Source of the DNA: Pseudobutyrivibrio sp.
Lineage (GTDB): Bacteria; Bacillota; Clostridia; Lachnospirales; Lachnospiraceae
Assembly: GCA_017557715.1 (NCBI GenBank)
Contig: JAFYYE010000230.1
Location: forward strand, 1-41,667
Direction of reading: 5' to 3'
Length of the DNA: 41,667 bases
Shown here in pieces: positions 1 to 9,977 of this stretch; the stretch's first letter is position 1, and every line of letters starts with the position of its first letter. The translations under genes were made by a program, and so were the position numbers. The notes beneath the pieces were generated by a model. The model saw nothing but the letters and a program-made list of their open reading frames with translations, searched no databases and had not been told where the DNA came from.

Positions 1-22
1 GAAGTCGAAGACTTCGTTGCTA

Positions 23-67
23 GACCAGAATTTGTAATTCTAAAGATTACAAAACTGGTCTTTTTTC
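23..67 (+). terminator. Intrinsic terminator of an upstream gene
   Basis: Long hairpin gaccag..tttgtaat / attacaaa..ctggtc followed by a T-run. Confidence 0.65.
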
Positions 68-181
68 GTTTTTGTCGGACAAAAACATTGCTTGCAAGGA
101 ACCCTGACGGACCCAATCAGACCCTAGGTACTTGCTTGAACTGGTTTTGCTTTTCAAAAGATTTTTGAAAAAGTAAAGGAG

Positions 182-484
182 ATGAAAATCATGAAAATTG
201 AAATTAAGACAACTAGATTAGAGAATCCAACTGGCCATGTTAAAGGTCTTTCGACTGTGACTTTTGATGAAAAGTATGCAGTGAGAAATATCTCAATTGT
301 AGAAAGCAAGAAGGGCGGCTTATTCGTTTCTATGCCTAACTACAAGATGAAGGAACCTGATGAAAATGGAAATGCTCAGTTCAAGGATATCGCATATCCG
401 ATTACCAAGGAGTTTAGAGAAATGCTCTATGGCAAGATCCTGGATAGCTTTAAGAATAATGAGAAGGTGGAGTTTACTGTGTAG
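182..484 (+). CDS. SpoVG-family protein
   Basis: VTFDE..AVRNISIVES..GLFVSMP and FKDIAYPITKEFRE match the SpoVG pattern; RBS aagga upstream. Confidence 0.8.
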   Translation: MKIMKIEIKTTRLENPTGHVKGLSTVTFDEKYAVRNISIVESKKGGLFVSMPNYKMKEPDENGNAQFKDIAYPITKEFREMLYGKILDSFKNNEKVEFTV

Positions 485-498
485 TGGAGGATGTAGAA

Positions 499-972
499 AT
501 GTCAGAAAAGAAAATAACAAAAGCAGAACTAAAGAAAATGGAAACTGCCAGGAAGAAGAAATTCGTCTTAGAAGCTTATAATATTTTTATGGATTCGTAT
601 TATAAGGTTTTAGGAGATGAGGCATGTCCTTCGAAACTTGTAATTACAATTAAAAACAATAATCATTATATTAAGTTTCAGGCGCACTGCCAGGGCTTTG
701 CCATTTTAGTTTACAGGAATGGAAATATTGATTTTTCAATTAAAGAATTTTGTCATGGAGAACATCTGGAACATTTGTATGAATACACAGATGATGTAGA
801 TTCTCAAAAAAAATTCCTGGATAAACTCAGAAATGAGCTTGCAGATAAAATTATGGAAGTTGCATTGGAGAAATATGTTGGCTATCACTATTTTATGGAC
901 TTGATTTATGGAGAGAATCATTTTTTTGATGCATACGATTATTTTAAGGCACAAGCAGAGGAGGAAGACTAA
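499..972 (+). CDS. Hypothetical protein
   Basis: ORF with GGAGG RBS at about 486-490 before ATG 499. Confidence 0.7.
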   Translation: MSEKKITKAELKKMETARKKKFVLEAYNIFMDSYYKVLGDEACPSKLVITIKNNNHYIKFQAHCQGFAILVYRNGNIDFSIKEFCHGEHLEHLYEYTDDVDSQKKFLDKLRNELADKIMEVALEKYVGYHYFMDLIYGENHFFDAYDYFKAQAEEED

Positions 973-1181
973 AAGTAAGGTTGTATGTAGATTAGCTTTT
1001 CTTTTTTTGTTAAAATGGAAATGATGATTTTTATATTTAGTAAAAATCATACTCCGCCCTTGAGAGGTAATTAAATGCAGGGATAATTCGATGTTTATCG
1101 AATTCAGCTAAGAAGGTGACTGTATAGTCCGCTATTCAGTGCGTGATTACCGTATTGGAATCAAGGAGAAAGGAGGCAGTC

Positions 1182-1424
1182 ATGGCTAAAAGAGGTGTAT
1201 CATCAAAAACACATAGTCAAAAGCAGTTGGATGATCATGCTAATCAGTACAATCCAAATAATAAGGCTTATCAAGCTAGAATGAATAATGCTCAAAAGTC
1301 AAAGAAAGCATTAAAGCATGAAGCGACTGTAAAGGCAAAACGCCAGGCAGAATTTGAGGACAAGCAGGGTGTTTTATGGCCACTAGATTGGATGTGTTAT
1401 AGCAATCCATATGATTTTGATTAA
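1182..1424 (+). CDS. Small basic hypothetical protein
   Basis: AGGAGG at 1171-1176 before ATG 1182. Confidence 0.7.
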   Translation: MAKRGVSSKTHSQKQLDDHANQYNPNNKAYQARMNNAQKSKKALKHEATVKAKRQAEFEDKQGVLWPLDWMCYSNPYDFD

Positions 1425-1537
1425 TCTTAAATCATGAGTTTAAGAAAGCATCAATTGGTTTATTGGTGCTTTCTTTTTTTGAAATCATTTTCATAAACAT
1501 ATACAATAACCGTATACTAATTATAAAGGACACAACA

Positions 1538-2155
1538 ATGAACATAGACAGAAACGACATGCTAGAACTCACCCGCAGGATGACATCGGCGCGCAGCAAC
1601 CTTGTGCGCATCGCGGGTGCATATATAGATGAGGAAGGCTATATCGATGGCACCTTTAATACAAGCTTCTTGACTTTGAAGGGAGCGGAAAAGAATAGAT
1701 GCCTTGATATCGCAAAGGCGATACCATTTGCAAAGCCAAATGAGGAATTGATTCAATATAAGATTCCAGGGATGGGGCCAGGATCTATCTGGCAGATGAT
1801 TTATGCAATACGTGATTGCGAATTGAAGAATGATGCCCTGATGCTGAATTTGTATGAGCTGATAGCTGAGAAATATCCTAAGGGAAGACCATATGCAATT
1901 TATGTTTACTATGGAGCTTATGATGTTCCAATCAAGGGTAGCGATAAATCTTATCAGGATGAATCAGAAGAGGTTTACAAGTATTTGATTATGGCGATTG
2001 CTCCAGTGGATGAGGAGCAGGTGCCACATTCTCCTGAGGCAGGATTCCTTTATCCGGCATTTACAAATAGAAGCACAGACATTAATCATGTGAACTTCTA
2101 TAGCCAGGATTACGAGGAAGCCAGGGAACTGATGAAGTTTTTGAATTTGGAGTAG
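1538..2155 (+). CDS. DUF4317-like protein
   Basis: N-terminus DMLELTRRMT..RIAGAYID..G plus YDVP.K..D...QDESEEVY..P..GFLYPAF..RSTDIN, typical of this Clostridial family. Confidence 0.7.
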   Translation: MNIDRNDMLELTRRMTSARSNLVRIAGAYIDEEGYIDGTFNTSFLTLKGAEKNRCLDIAKAIPFAKPNEELIQYKIPGMGPGSIWQMIYAIRDCELKNDALMLNLYELIAEKYPKGRPYAIYVYYGAYDVPIKGSDKSYQDESEEVYKYLIMAIAPVDEEQVPHSPEAGFLYPAFTNRSTDINHVNFYSQDYEEARELMKFLNLE

Positions 2156-2164
2156 GTAGACGCA

Positions 2165-2497
2165 ATGGATGTTAGAAAACAAGATTGGAAACTATTTAGA
2201 GAAAAGCTTCCTGGTTGGCAGGAGAAATACATAGAGCGTGTATTGAACAGTTATGTTAAGCTGCTGGCAAAGCCTGATGAACTTGCATCAGAGAAATTTT
2301 GGAAGCTGGATAAGAAGATTAAAAGTGATAAAAGAAAACCCGGAGTTATCATGGAACTTGATAAGTCAGAAATGGAAGTAGACATGGCAAGGCTTATAAA
2401 GGATAAGGTAATAACTTTTGATGATCTTGCAGATTTCAGTCCTGAACTGCAGGAAACAGTGAAGACTTATTATGAAAGGTTTTTTGGCAAGAAGTAG
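2165..2497 (+). CDS. Conserved hypothetical protein
   Basis: 110-aa ORF directly downstream of the DUF4317-like gene; DWKLFREKLPGWQE motif. Confidence 0.7.
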   Translation: MDVRKQDWKLFREKLPGWQEKYIERVLNSYVKLLAKPDELASEKFWKLDKKIKSDKRKPGVIMELDKSEMEVDMARLIKDKVITFDDLADFSPELQETVKTYYERFFGKK

Positions 2498-2521
2498 AAG
2501 TTATTGTATGGGGAGGTGCAT

Positions 2522-3010
2522 ATGCTAATTGTATTGGAAGGTTTGGTGATGAGTTTTTGGCTATTGCTTATCTGCGTGGTTGGAATAGCAAAGGAAGGCC
2601 CAGTTGGCTTAGTAAATTTCTACGAGAAGGATGCGCAGGAGCGAGTTGTAGAGCTTGGGCTAACTATAAAGGAGAGAATCAAAAAAGCTGCTACAATCTC
2701 GGGGATAGCACTGATAGTTCCATTGATAACAGTAGTTCCTGCGATAGTGTACTTATACAATGGAGTGACAGGCTTCTGGGATGGATTCATCCAGCTTTTA
2801 AGCATATATATGATTATGAATGTGTTTGACCGACTTTTTATCGATGAATGGTGGGTTTGTCATACAAAAGCTTGGTTTATCCCTGGTACAGAAGATTTGA
2901 TGCCTTACATAACCTGGAAGGTAAGAATCCGAAAATGGGTTATGAGCCTGATACTATTTCCTTTGGCTGCAGCGATAATTGCCGGAGTGATGCAAGTGAT
3001 TCTTGGATAA
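2522..3010 (+). CDS. Membrane protein with about 4 TM helices
   Basis: GGAGG RBS; several hydrophobic segments. Confidence 0.75.
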   Translation: MLIVLEGLVMSFWLLLICVVGIAKEGPVGLVNFYEKDAQERVVELGLTIKERIKKAATISGIALIVPLITVVPAIVYLYNGVTGFWDGFIQLLSIYMIMNVFDRLFIDEWWVCHTKAWFIPGTEDLMPYITWKVRIRKWVMSLILFPLAAAIIAGVMQVILG

Positions 3011-3064
3011 TCATCAATGAAGTGCTACAATACTCCCTGTCAGGTTTTTAGGGAGAGAGTTGCG

Positions 3065-3367
3065 ATGATTAAGCAAGTAATTATAATGAGTCTTCAGGAC
3101 AAATGCTTTGGTCCTAATCTGGAGACTATCAAAAATAATATGAAAATCCGTCTTGAGGATTTGAATGGAAATGTAAATGGTCTGCAGAATATTAAGGTTC
3201 AGTCAGATTGTTTAAAGTCATCAAATGCTGATGTGTTTGTAGAACTTACTTTTGAGAATGAGGAAGCTCTTAAGAATTTTAAGTCTAATGAGGATTACAA
3301 TGCAGCGACAAAGGAAGCTGTGGTTCCGTTTGTGGCTAGTAGGACTCATGTAGAGTTTGAAATGTAA
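3065..3367 (+). CDS. Dabb / stress-responsive A/B barrel protein
   Basis: MIKQVIIM.L ... SNADVFVELTFENEEAL..F....Y ... SRTHVEFE resembles the Dabb pattern. Confidence 0.65.
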   Translation: MIKQVIIMSLQDKCFGPNLETIKNNMKIRLEDLNGNVNGLQNIKVQSDCLKSSNADVFVELTFENEEALKNFKSNEDYNAATKEAVVPFVASRTHVEFEM

Positions 3368-3380
3368 ATAAATGAAGTTG

Positions 3381-3425
3381 AGGCCCTGCCTATGTGCTGA
3401 GATGCGCGTAGGTGGGGCCTTTTTT
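3381..3425 (+). terminator. Intrinsic terminator
   Basis: aggccctgcctatgtgc / gcgcgtaggtggggcct stem followed by T-run. Confidence 0.85.
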
Positions 3426-3428
3426 AGG

Positions 3429-3466
3429 TGTCCGATAAACCGCCCTATGGGGTGCTATTCTATAAT
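3429..3466 (+). promoter_or_regulatory. TGTCCGATAAA motif plus extended -10 element
   Basis: Motif recurs at 7204, 8997, 22770 and 24159, each upstream of a gene start. Confidence 0.6.
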
Positions 3467-3489
3467 TAAGAAAGAGGAATCTTTAGGAG

Positions 3490-4098
3490 GTGCCTATGAG
3501 GTTATATGATGCTGATGCAGATTATATGGATTTGATTGAGAAGGCTAATCAGGGCGATGTTGATGCAATGGTTAAATGTGTAAACTACTTTGCGTCAATG
3601 CCCAATATGGACAATCCATTATTGATAGAGCTTAGATCCAAATATATTGAGGAACTTGCGAACCAAGGCAACGCAATTGGGCTGATACGAAAGGCTGATT
3701 TTCTTTTAGAAGAGAGTATATGTGAAGAAAGCGTTGAAGCTGCTTTATCTTTATATGCACTAGCGGCAGTTAAGGGAGAACCTTATGGCTTGGAAAGAAT
3801 AGCTGATATGTTCTATGAAGGTAGAGGTGTGGAACTGGATGTAGGGTTAGCAAAGCATTTATTTTGGTCAGCAATATTTCTGTGTGATCATAATAACAAA
3901 TCAAAATGTCCTTCTGCGATGACTTATTACAGAACTGCTTGTATACAGGAAGAAACTGCAGATACAGAAGAGGCGATGCATGATGTTATTATGCTTTATA
4001 AGCTTGCAGTTTTGGTGGCAGGTATGGATGCTCCTGTTGATGAGTATGCTATTAAAGCCCAAGAGGCGCTTGTGAGACTTGGAAAAGCAGAATTATAA
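3490..4098 (+). CDS. Sel1-like repeat protein
   Basis: ANQGDVDAM, LANQGNAIG, IADMFYEGRGVELDVGLAKHLF are Sel1-type repeats; GTG start after AGGAG. Confidence 0.75.
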   Translation: MPMRLYDADADYMDLIEKANQGDVDAMVKCVNYFASMPNMDNPLLIELRSKYIEELANQGNAIGLIRKADFLLEESICEESVEAALSLYALAAVKGEPYGLERIADMFYEGRGVELDVGLAKHLFWSAIFLCDHNNKSKCPSAMTYYRTACIQEETADTEEAMHDVIMLYKLAVLVAGMDAPVDEYAIKAQEALVRLGKAEL

Positions 4099-4136
4099 CA
4101 GAAAGCTTATGTTTTATGATGAAGGAGGATGAGGGG

Positions 4137-4514
4137 ATGAAGTCTATTAATGAAATACAAAAGGTTATATTGACGGAGAAGGGATACAGTTTTCCAGATT
4201 TTAAATGTATGCGCTCTGAGAATATTGAACTTACATTGGATGGGATTAAGTACCATAAAACACTTCATGGAAGCAAGAAGTGGCTCAATAATTGTAAGTG
4301 CCAGGTAGACAAAGAAGAAATGAAAAGCTTCTTTTCAGAGTTGTATGAATTTGTCCGTAATGCTGCTGAATGTGGACCAACAGATGACGATTGCGAGCAT
4401 ATGGTGCTTTTTACTTATAATGACTATCATGAAGAGCTATTCTGGGGATGGACTGGTGACTCTAAAGAAAGTCTATCTGGAAAAATATGGAGTTTTGTTA
4501 ATTTGCATATGTAG
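4137..4514 (+). CDS. Hypothetical protein
   Basis: ORF with GGAGG/GAGGGG RBS; start could be 4116. Confidence 0.65.
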   Translation: MKSINEIQKVILTEKGYSFPDFKCMRSENIELTLDGIKYHKTLHGSKKWLNNCKCQVDKEEMKSFFSELYEFVRNAAECGPTDDDCEHMVLFTYNDYHEELFWGWTGDSKESLSGKIWSFVNLHM

Positions 4515-4547
4515 ATGGGGTGGACCTATTACAAGGGGATGAAGTAA

Positions 4548-6119
4548 ATGTTTAAAGAGGGCCAAAGCGTTTTATACATTCCAACTAAAGAAGTGGCAAT
4601 GGTGGAAGATGTAAATCAAGATTCCTCTGGAGAATGGTATTTTATATCCATTAACAACGGAGATTGTTTTCCAGTTTATGCTGCAGAATTAAAAGCCTTG
4701 AATGTGAAGAGTGATATTAATATGAAAAATATTTTACAAATGATTCAAGAGGACTCTATTATCCAATCATACAGAAATATATGGAAAATGATGTATCAAA
4801 ATCATGAGATGCCTGAGCCTTCGCCAGGATTCAATTTAGATGAATTTTCTGGAATAGATGATTACAGAGATTACCTTAAAAAAGAGGTTGAAAAATGGTC
4901 TTCACCAGCTCGTAAGAAGAGAGTACATCAAGACAGGAAAATGATTGATTTCTACGCTAAACGTCCTCAAGGAGAATTTTGGGGATTATATATTCCTAAG
5001 GAAAAGCCAATATTGTCAGGAGTAGATTCTAGAAAAATATGGCCAAGTTATGAGCCGGATTTAGAAGAGAATGACGGATATCCGCCACTGATGATTCTAG
5101 ATGAGCAGAATACGTTTATCAGATACATAACTAATGCAGAGGATGTAGAGGTCATTTTTATAGATGATGACAATATTGATGAGTTAGCTTTTAAGGAAAT
5201 CATATACAAGCTTTTTGCCCATGGAATAATGAATTTTAATATCAATTCAGACAGGGGAGATTATTTATCTGATGTTGTTTCTGATGTATGTGATGAAATA
5301 GATGCATCATTTTGTTCAGTAGGCTCAGATGTTTACAGCATCGAAAATGTATATTATGACATGAAATACGGCATAGGAAATTATAAGTTCCTTATTCTCT
5401 GCAAAAAAGATTCAACAAGAAGAGAATGCATAACTTATTTAAATGGGAAGTTTATGCATCCACATCCATTTATTCTAATAGATAAGATTCAACGCGCCTA
5501 TGGACTTGATTATGTTTCTGTGGAGACTGTAGAGAAGAAAACTTTTGTTGGTGATACGGTGGATGATGAATACATTACAGATGATGATGGAGAAGACACA
5601 TATAAAAGATGGCTAGTAGTCGAAAATGTGAATTCGAAGGAAATAACAGGATTTTTAGAAGAAGAGATTTTACATTTTGGTATTGCTTCAGAAGACAATG
5701 AAGATAAATTCGGAGCAATATTAGCTTATGGAGAGTTACTGAAAAGTGAAAAGAAATATGCAGAATTAATCTTTGATAAAGAACACTCTGGTAAGCCTGG
5801 TGATCCTATTCATATGCCTTACTATTCATATTCACCAACAGTGCATCAACTGATAAAAGCCATAGTGGATTTTAAAAATAATTATCCAGACTATAATTTA
5901 GATAATTACAGGGAAATTCTTGAAGAAAGAAACCTAGAATGGAAGCATTCAGTTCTTATCAAAGCAGATGTTTCTAATATGGATGCTCAGGGATTAATGG
6001 CTATGTTTATGGGAGTTATATGTGGCGAGAGAACCTGTGAGGGCTCAATTAAGAGTGCTATTGAAGAAGGGGCTTTTATACGATGGTTAGACAGACTTGC
6101 GGAGATTTGTGATAAATAG
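4548..6119 (+). CDS. Multidomain hypothetical protein with a C-terminal DUF6508-like domain
   Basis: 523-aa ORF; C-terminal MPYYSYS..V...YREILE...W...DVS..D...GERTCEG..SAIEEG..RWL.RL. Confidence 0.6.
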   Translation: MFKEGQSVLYIPTKEVAMVEDVNQDSSGEWYFISINNGDCFPVYAAELKALNVKSDINMKNILQMIQEDSIIQSYRNIWKMMYQNHEMPEPSPGFNLDEFSGIDDYRDYLKKEVEKWSSPARKKRVHQDRKMIDFYAKRPQGEFWGLYIPKEKPILSGVDSRKIWPSYEPDLEENDGYPPLMILDEQNTFIRYITNAEDVEVIFIDDDNIDELAFKEIIYKLFAHGIMNFNINSDRGDYLSDVVSDVCDEIDASFCSVGSDVYSIENVYYDMKYGIGNYKFLILCKKDSTRRECITYLNGKFMHPHPFILIDKIQRAYGLDYVSVETVEKKTFVGDTVDDEYITDDDGEDTYKRWLVVENVNSKEITGFLEEEILHFGIASEDNEDKFGAILAYGELLKSEKKYAELIFDKEHSGKPGDPIHMPYYSYSPTVHQLIKAIVDFKNNYPDYNLDNYREILEERNLEWKHSVLIKADVSNMDAQGLMAMFMGVICGERTCEGSIKSAIEEGAFIRWLDRLAEICDK

Positions 6120-6207
6120 AGTTGATATAGCACAGGTCTTTGTATAATAATTGTTATTATAATGGAATCTTAGTATTTATTGGTGAATTATAATTAAATG
6201 AGGGAGA

Positions 6208-7197
6208 TTGAAAATGACTTACGAAGAGGTAGTAAATAAAGCTAAGTTAGCAGTTAAAAATAGGGGTATATATGGTGATATAAACCTTGCGGATTGTGAA
6301 GAATGGCAGGCCGGTAATCAGATTAATTTGTGGTCTTACTGGCAGGGCTACCAAATTGAAGATATCAATAAAGGGATAGATATTCTTTTAGTAGGACAAG
6401 ACTGGGGAAATCCTGCCAGTAACCCTAAAATAATGAAATTAATACGAGATATTCAAGCAGGCAATGCTGATTGTACATATGCAGATATAGCAACAAGTAT
6501 GACAGATAGAAATTTGAAAGATTTATTTAGCATTCTAAAATGCGATATAAATAGTTCTAATCCAGGAAAGAGAATCCTTTTTACTAACTACTGTTTAGCG
6601 TACAGAACTGGTTCTGAAACAGGAGGAATGACTAAAACTCTAATGAATATGGATGAAGAAATATTCAAGGATTTAGTCGATTCAGTAAAGCCTAAAATAA
6701 TTATTTGTTTAGGTAAAATTACTTATGAAGCAGTTACAGGAAAAATTGCTAATGATTTTGTTAAGCTGCTTAAGCAGGGAAAGCCATTTCAAGGTGTTTT
6801 TAAATACAACAATGATATAAAGGTTTATGGTGTGGCTCATTGTGGCGCTAGAGGTGTAAGCAATGTCGGCGGTATTGACACAATGTATAGTACATGGCGA
6901 GAAATCGGTGAAGCAGAAGGTTATATTTATAGCATAGACGATTTTGCTGATAGATTTTCTTCTCCTATAGGAATTACATTGCTCGATGAAATTGAAGGAG
7001 TTGAAAAAAACAAGGATATCAAAACAAATAAAAAATATATTGGAATTAATAAAACGTATTCATTGCATCCAAATACTATTGAGGCATTTTCAGATATTTG
7101 CAAAGAACAAGGTAAAGATGAGAATGAGGAACTCAATCTAATTATGATGAGATATATTGCCGAGTATACAATGCGAGCACAAGGCGTTGATTTGTAA
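6208..7197 (+). CDS. Uracil-DNA glycosylase-superfamily protein with a C-terminal extension
   Basis: ILLVGQDWG (motif A), LFTN, KPKIIICLGK, VAHCG (motif B-like). Confidence 0.75.
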   Translation: MKMTYEEVVNKAKLAVKNRGIYGDINLADCEEWQAGNQINLWSYWQGYQIEDINKGIDILLVGQDWGNPASNPKIMKLIRDIQAGNADCTYADIATSMTDRNLKDLFSILKCDINSSNPGKRILFTNYCLAYRTGSETGGMTKTLMNMDEEIFKDLVDSVKPKIIICLGKITYEAVTGKIANDFVKLLKQGKPFQGVFKYNNDIKVYGVAHCGARGVSNVGGIDTMYSTWREIGEAEGYIYSIDDFADRFSSPIGITLLDEIEGVEKNKDIKTNKKYIGINKTYSLHPNTIEAFSDICKEQGKDENEELNLIMMRYIAEYTMRAQGVDL

Positions 7198-7203
7198 TAA
7201 GTT

Positions 7204-7233
7204 TGTCCAATAAACTTCCCTCTATGCTATACT
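7204..7233 (+). promoter_or_regulatory. TGTCCAATAAA motif and TGcTATACT extended -10 of the WYL gene
   Basis: Variant of the recurrent motif directly upstream of the WYL regulator. Confidence 0.55.
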
Positions 7234-7268
7234 AGTCATAGAACTAATATAGCTGGAGGGGATTTTTT

Positions 7269-8264
7269 ATGGCTAAGGGGTCTAATCAAAAATTAAAACT
7301 GAGCTATCTTTGTAAGATCATGCAAGAGAAGACTGATGATGAGCATCGGCTTACACTTGCTCAGATTATAAAGGAATTACAGAAATACGACATTACTGCT
7401 GAGCGAAAAAGCCTCTATGATGACTTTAAGGTTATGGAGAATGATCTTGGCATAGAAGTAATAAAGGAAACGGAAGGACGAGAAACCTTTTATCATGTTG
7501 GTAGTCGTGCTTTTGAGTTGGCTGAGGTGAAGTTGCTTATTGATGCTATTCAGTCTTCAAAGTTTATTTCTAAGAGTAAATCTGATGAACTGATCAAGAA
7601 GATGAATACATTTGTCAGTGAACACCAGGCAAAGCAGCTGAAAAGGCAGGTCTATGTAAATGACAGAATCAAGACCATGAATGAAAGTATCTATTATTCA
7701 GTAGACTCTATTCATAATGCACTCATGAATAATAAGCAGATTGAATTCCTTTATTGCGCTTGGACACTGGATAAAAAACTGGAACCAAAGAAGGAAGGTA
7801 AGAAGTATATAGTTAGTCCATGGGCTCTTACCTGGGCTGATGAAAACTACTATCTGGTGGCTTACGATTCTGATGCGGGAAAGGTTAAACATTATCGTGT
7901 AGATAAGATGATGAAACTTTCCGTGGTTGATAAAAAGCGAGAGGGCGAGGAGCATTTCAAGAATTTTGATATGACCACATATGCCCTTGAGAACTTTTCC
8001 ATGTTTGGTGGCGAAATCAAGCGTGTACATATTGAGTTTCCTAATGAGAAGGTAGGAATCTTTATAGATAGATTTGGTAAAGATATAAGTATTCGACCTG
8101 CAGGAGACGGAAGAAGCATGATAGCTGTCGATGTTGCTGTTAGCTTACAGTTTTTTGGATGGATATTCAGTTTAGGAAATGATGTAAGAATTATAGGACC
8201 GGATGCCGTAGTGGAGAAATATAAGACAGAGCTTCAAAACTGTTTACAGGCGTTCACAGAATAA
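7269..8264 (+). CDS. WYL-domain transcriptional regulator (wHTH-WYL-WCX)
   Basis: N-terminal KTDDEHRLT..ERKSLYDD HTH; VSPWAL.W..ENYYLVAYD...HYRVDKM WYL core; DRFG..FFGWIFSLG.V.IIGP WCX. Confidence 0.92.
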   Translation: MAKGSNQKLKLSYLCKIMQEKTDDEHRLTLAQIIKELQKYDITAERKSLYDDFKVMENDLGIEVIKETEGRETFYHVGSRAFELAEVKLLIDAIQSSKFISKSKSDELIKKMNTFVSEHQAKQLKRQVYVNDRIKTMNESIYYSVDSIHNALMNNKQIEFLYCAWTLDKKLEPKKEGKKYIVSPWALTWADENYYLVAYDSDAGKVKHYRVDKMMKLSVVDKKREGEEHFKNFDMTTYALENFSMFGGEIKRVHIEFPNEKVGIFIDRFGKDISIRPAGDGRSMIAVDVAVSLQFFGWIFSLGNDVRIIGPDAVVEKYKTELQNCLQAFTE

Positions 8265-8304
8265 TCATTTGTAATTTGCAGATTTCTGTAATACAATCCA
8301 TCCC

Positions 8305-8904
8305 ATGATGGATTTAAACAAAGATTATTTAGAAAATGAAGTTGATGAGTTTGGTTGGTTCAAGGAAGATTTGGAAGCTCTTGAGGCTCTACTAAGTAAG
8401 GTTACTTATGACCAGCGAGTGTTTTTGAACACACTTAAAGAAGTAGTAGATGCTGATATGAATTCTGAAGCATGGGCCTATGAGCATATGGTGCTCCAGG
8501 GGTGTATTGAAATGTACACAAGAAAGCCAGAACTTATACCTAATGCATCGCTTGATATCTTAAGAAAATGCCTACCTAAGAAAAAGCATTTAGGTGAGTT
8601 TCAAGAGCTGCTTGAGATAATGACACTCTGGGCTGATTCGGTTAGATCAAACAGAAGACCGATTAATAAGTTGGCAGCAAAGCTTGTCTTGATTCCAAAA
8701 CTGATTTTATATCCAGCTTTTGTAGCGGTGCTAGTAATTGTATTTCTGGCGGTTCTTCAACTTATTCAAACTGTTGGTGCTGGATTATCAGCGATAATTT
8801 TGAAGCAGGTAATTACTATTATTGTAGCTGGATATTTTAGCATAGCTTTGGGCAAGGCGATTATACTTAAGAACTCATTTAAAAGACTAAAATCATTATA
8901 TTAA
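8305..8904 (+). CDS. Hypothetical protein with two C-terminal TM helices
   Basis: 199-aa ORF with hydrophobic C-terminal segments; no clear RBS. Confidence 0.6.
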   Translation: MMDLNKDYLENEVDEFGWFKEDLEALEALLSKVTYDQRVFLNTLKEVVDADMNSEAWAYEHMVLQGCIEMYTRKPELIPNASLDILRKCLPKKKHLGEFQELLEIMTLWADSVRSNRRPINKLAAKLVLIPKLILYPAFVAVLVIVFLAVLQLIQTVGAGLSAIILKQVITIIVAGYFSIALGKAIILKNSFKRLKSLY

Positions 8905-8923
8905 TTTCATAATGCAAAATTGC

Positions 8924-8954
8924 AGCATTCAGTCTTCGGATTGGATGCTTTTTT
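8924..8954 (+). terminator. Intrinsic terminator
   Basis: agcattcagtc-TTCG-gattggatgct followed by T-run. Confidence 0.85.
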
Positions 8955-9066
8955 GTTATGTTGATGCAAAAATGTAGCAAAATCAAGGCTTTGAACTGTC
9001 CGATTAATATCCACCTTTATAAGTAGAATATAAAATAGATAAATCCTTTGAGCTAAGAGGAGGTTA

Positions 9067-9192
9067 ATGATGTTTATGAAACGACTTATTTTTTGGATAC
9101 AGAAAAAGAAGCGTATTGAGAAGAGATCCTGTAGTCAGTGTTGTTTGAATTGCCCTTATTTTAAGGATTGTGTTAAGGATGGTTTGTTTTAA
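9067..9192 (+). CDS. 41-aa Cys-rich micro-protein (not in ORF track)
   Basis: MMFMKRLIFWIQKKKRIEKRSCSQCCLNCPYFKDCVKDGLF; GAGGAGG RBS at 9057-9063. Confidence 0.65.
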   Translation: MMFMKRLIFWIQKKKRIEKRSCSQCCLNCPYFKDCVKDGLF

Positions 9193-9210
9193 GGAAGTTG
9201 AGGTAGAGAT

Positions 9211-9867
9211 ATGAAGTATGTAGTAGTTGATTTAGAGATGTGTCAGGTACCTAAGTTTGCATGGGACCAGGGAAAGCCACTAAGAAATGAAACCATACAG
9301 ATAGGTGCTGTTCTTGTTGATGAGAACTATGAGATAGTTTCTACTTTCAATACCTATGTTAAGCCTGAACTTGGATATTTGGATTATTTTATTTCTAAGC
9401 TTACAGGTATTACTAAAGCTGATTTAATGGATGCTCCTTATTTTGAGGATGCTATAAAGAGTTTTATTGAGTGGATTCCTGAAGGAGAAGTTAGATGTGT
9501 TTCTTGGAGCCGCACAGATCAGAAACAGCTTGAGAATGAGATGGCTAAGAAGGCTATCGTAAATTCGAAGATGAATTATTTATTGGAAAACTGGATTGAT
9601 TATCAGGAGCCGGTAGATGTGAAGCTTGGTATGGAAAGAAATGTAAGTCTTGAGGAAGCTCTTATTGCTACAGATATTATTCAGAATGGTAGAGCTCATG
9701 ATGGTCTTGATGATGCTTATAATACTGCACTTCTTTTTGTAAAGATGGAGAAGAATCCTGATTTTGAGTTGAATAGGATGTACAGCTATGCGAAGGAAGA
9801 GAAAACCGATAATTTGAGCTATACGTTGGGGGATTTGTTTAGTAGTTTTAAGTTGGCTGTTGGATAA
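9211..9867 (+). CDS. DEDDh 3'-5' exonuclease (KapD/ERI1-like)
   Basis: VVDLEM, ETIQIGAV, LTGIT, AHDGLDDAYNTA. Confidence 0.9.
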   Translation: MKYVVVDLEMCQVPKFAWDQGKPLRNETIQIGAVLVDENYEIVSTFNTYVKPELGYLDYFISKLTGITKADLMDAPYFEDAIKSFIEWIPEGEVRCVSWSRTDQKQLENEMAKKAIVNSKMNYLLENWIDYQEPVDVKLGMERNVSLEEALIATDIIQNGRAHDGLDDAYNTALLFVKMEKNPDFELNRMYSYAKEEKTDNLSYTLGDLFSSFKLAVG

Positions 9868-9977
9868 ATAGTAAATTGTCAGAAATTAAGAAGAACGCGT
9901 GAAAAATACAAAAATCTCGAATTTGCGTGATATAATATATTTAAGTTTCATTGTGTTTACAAAAGGGGGTAAAAACA

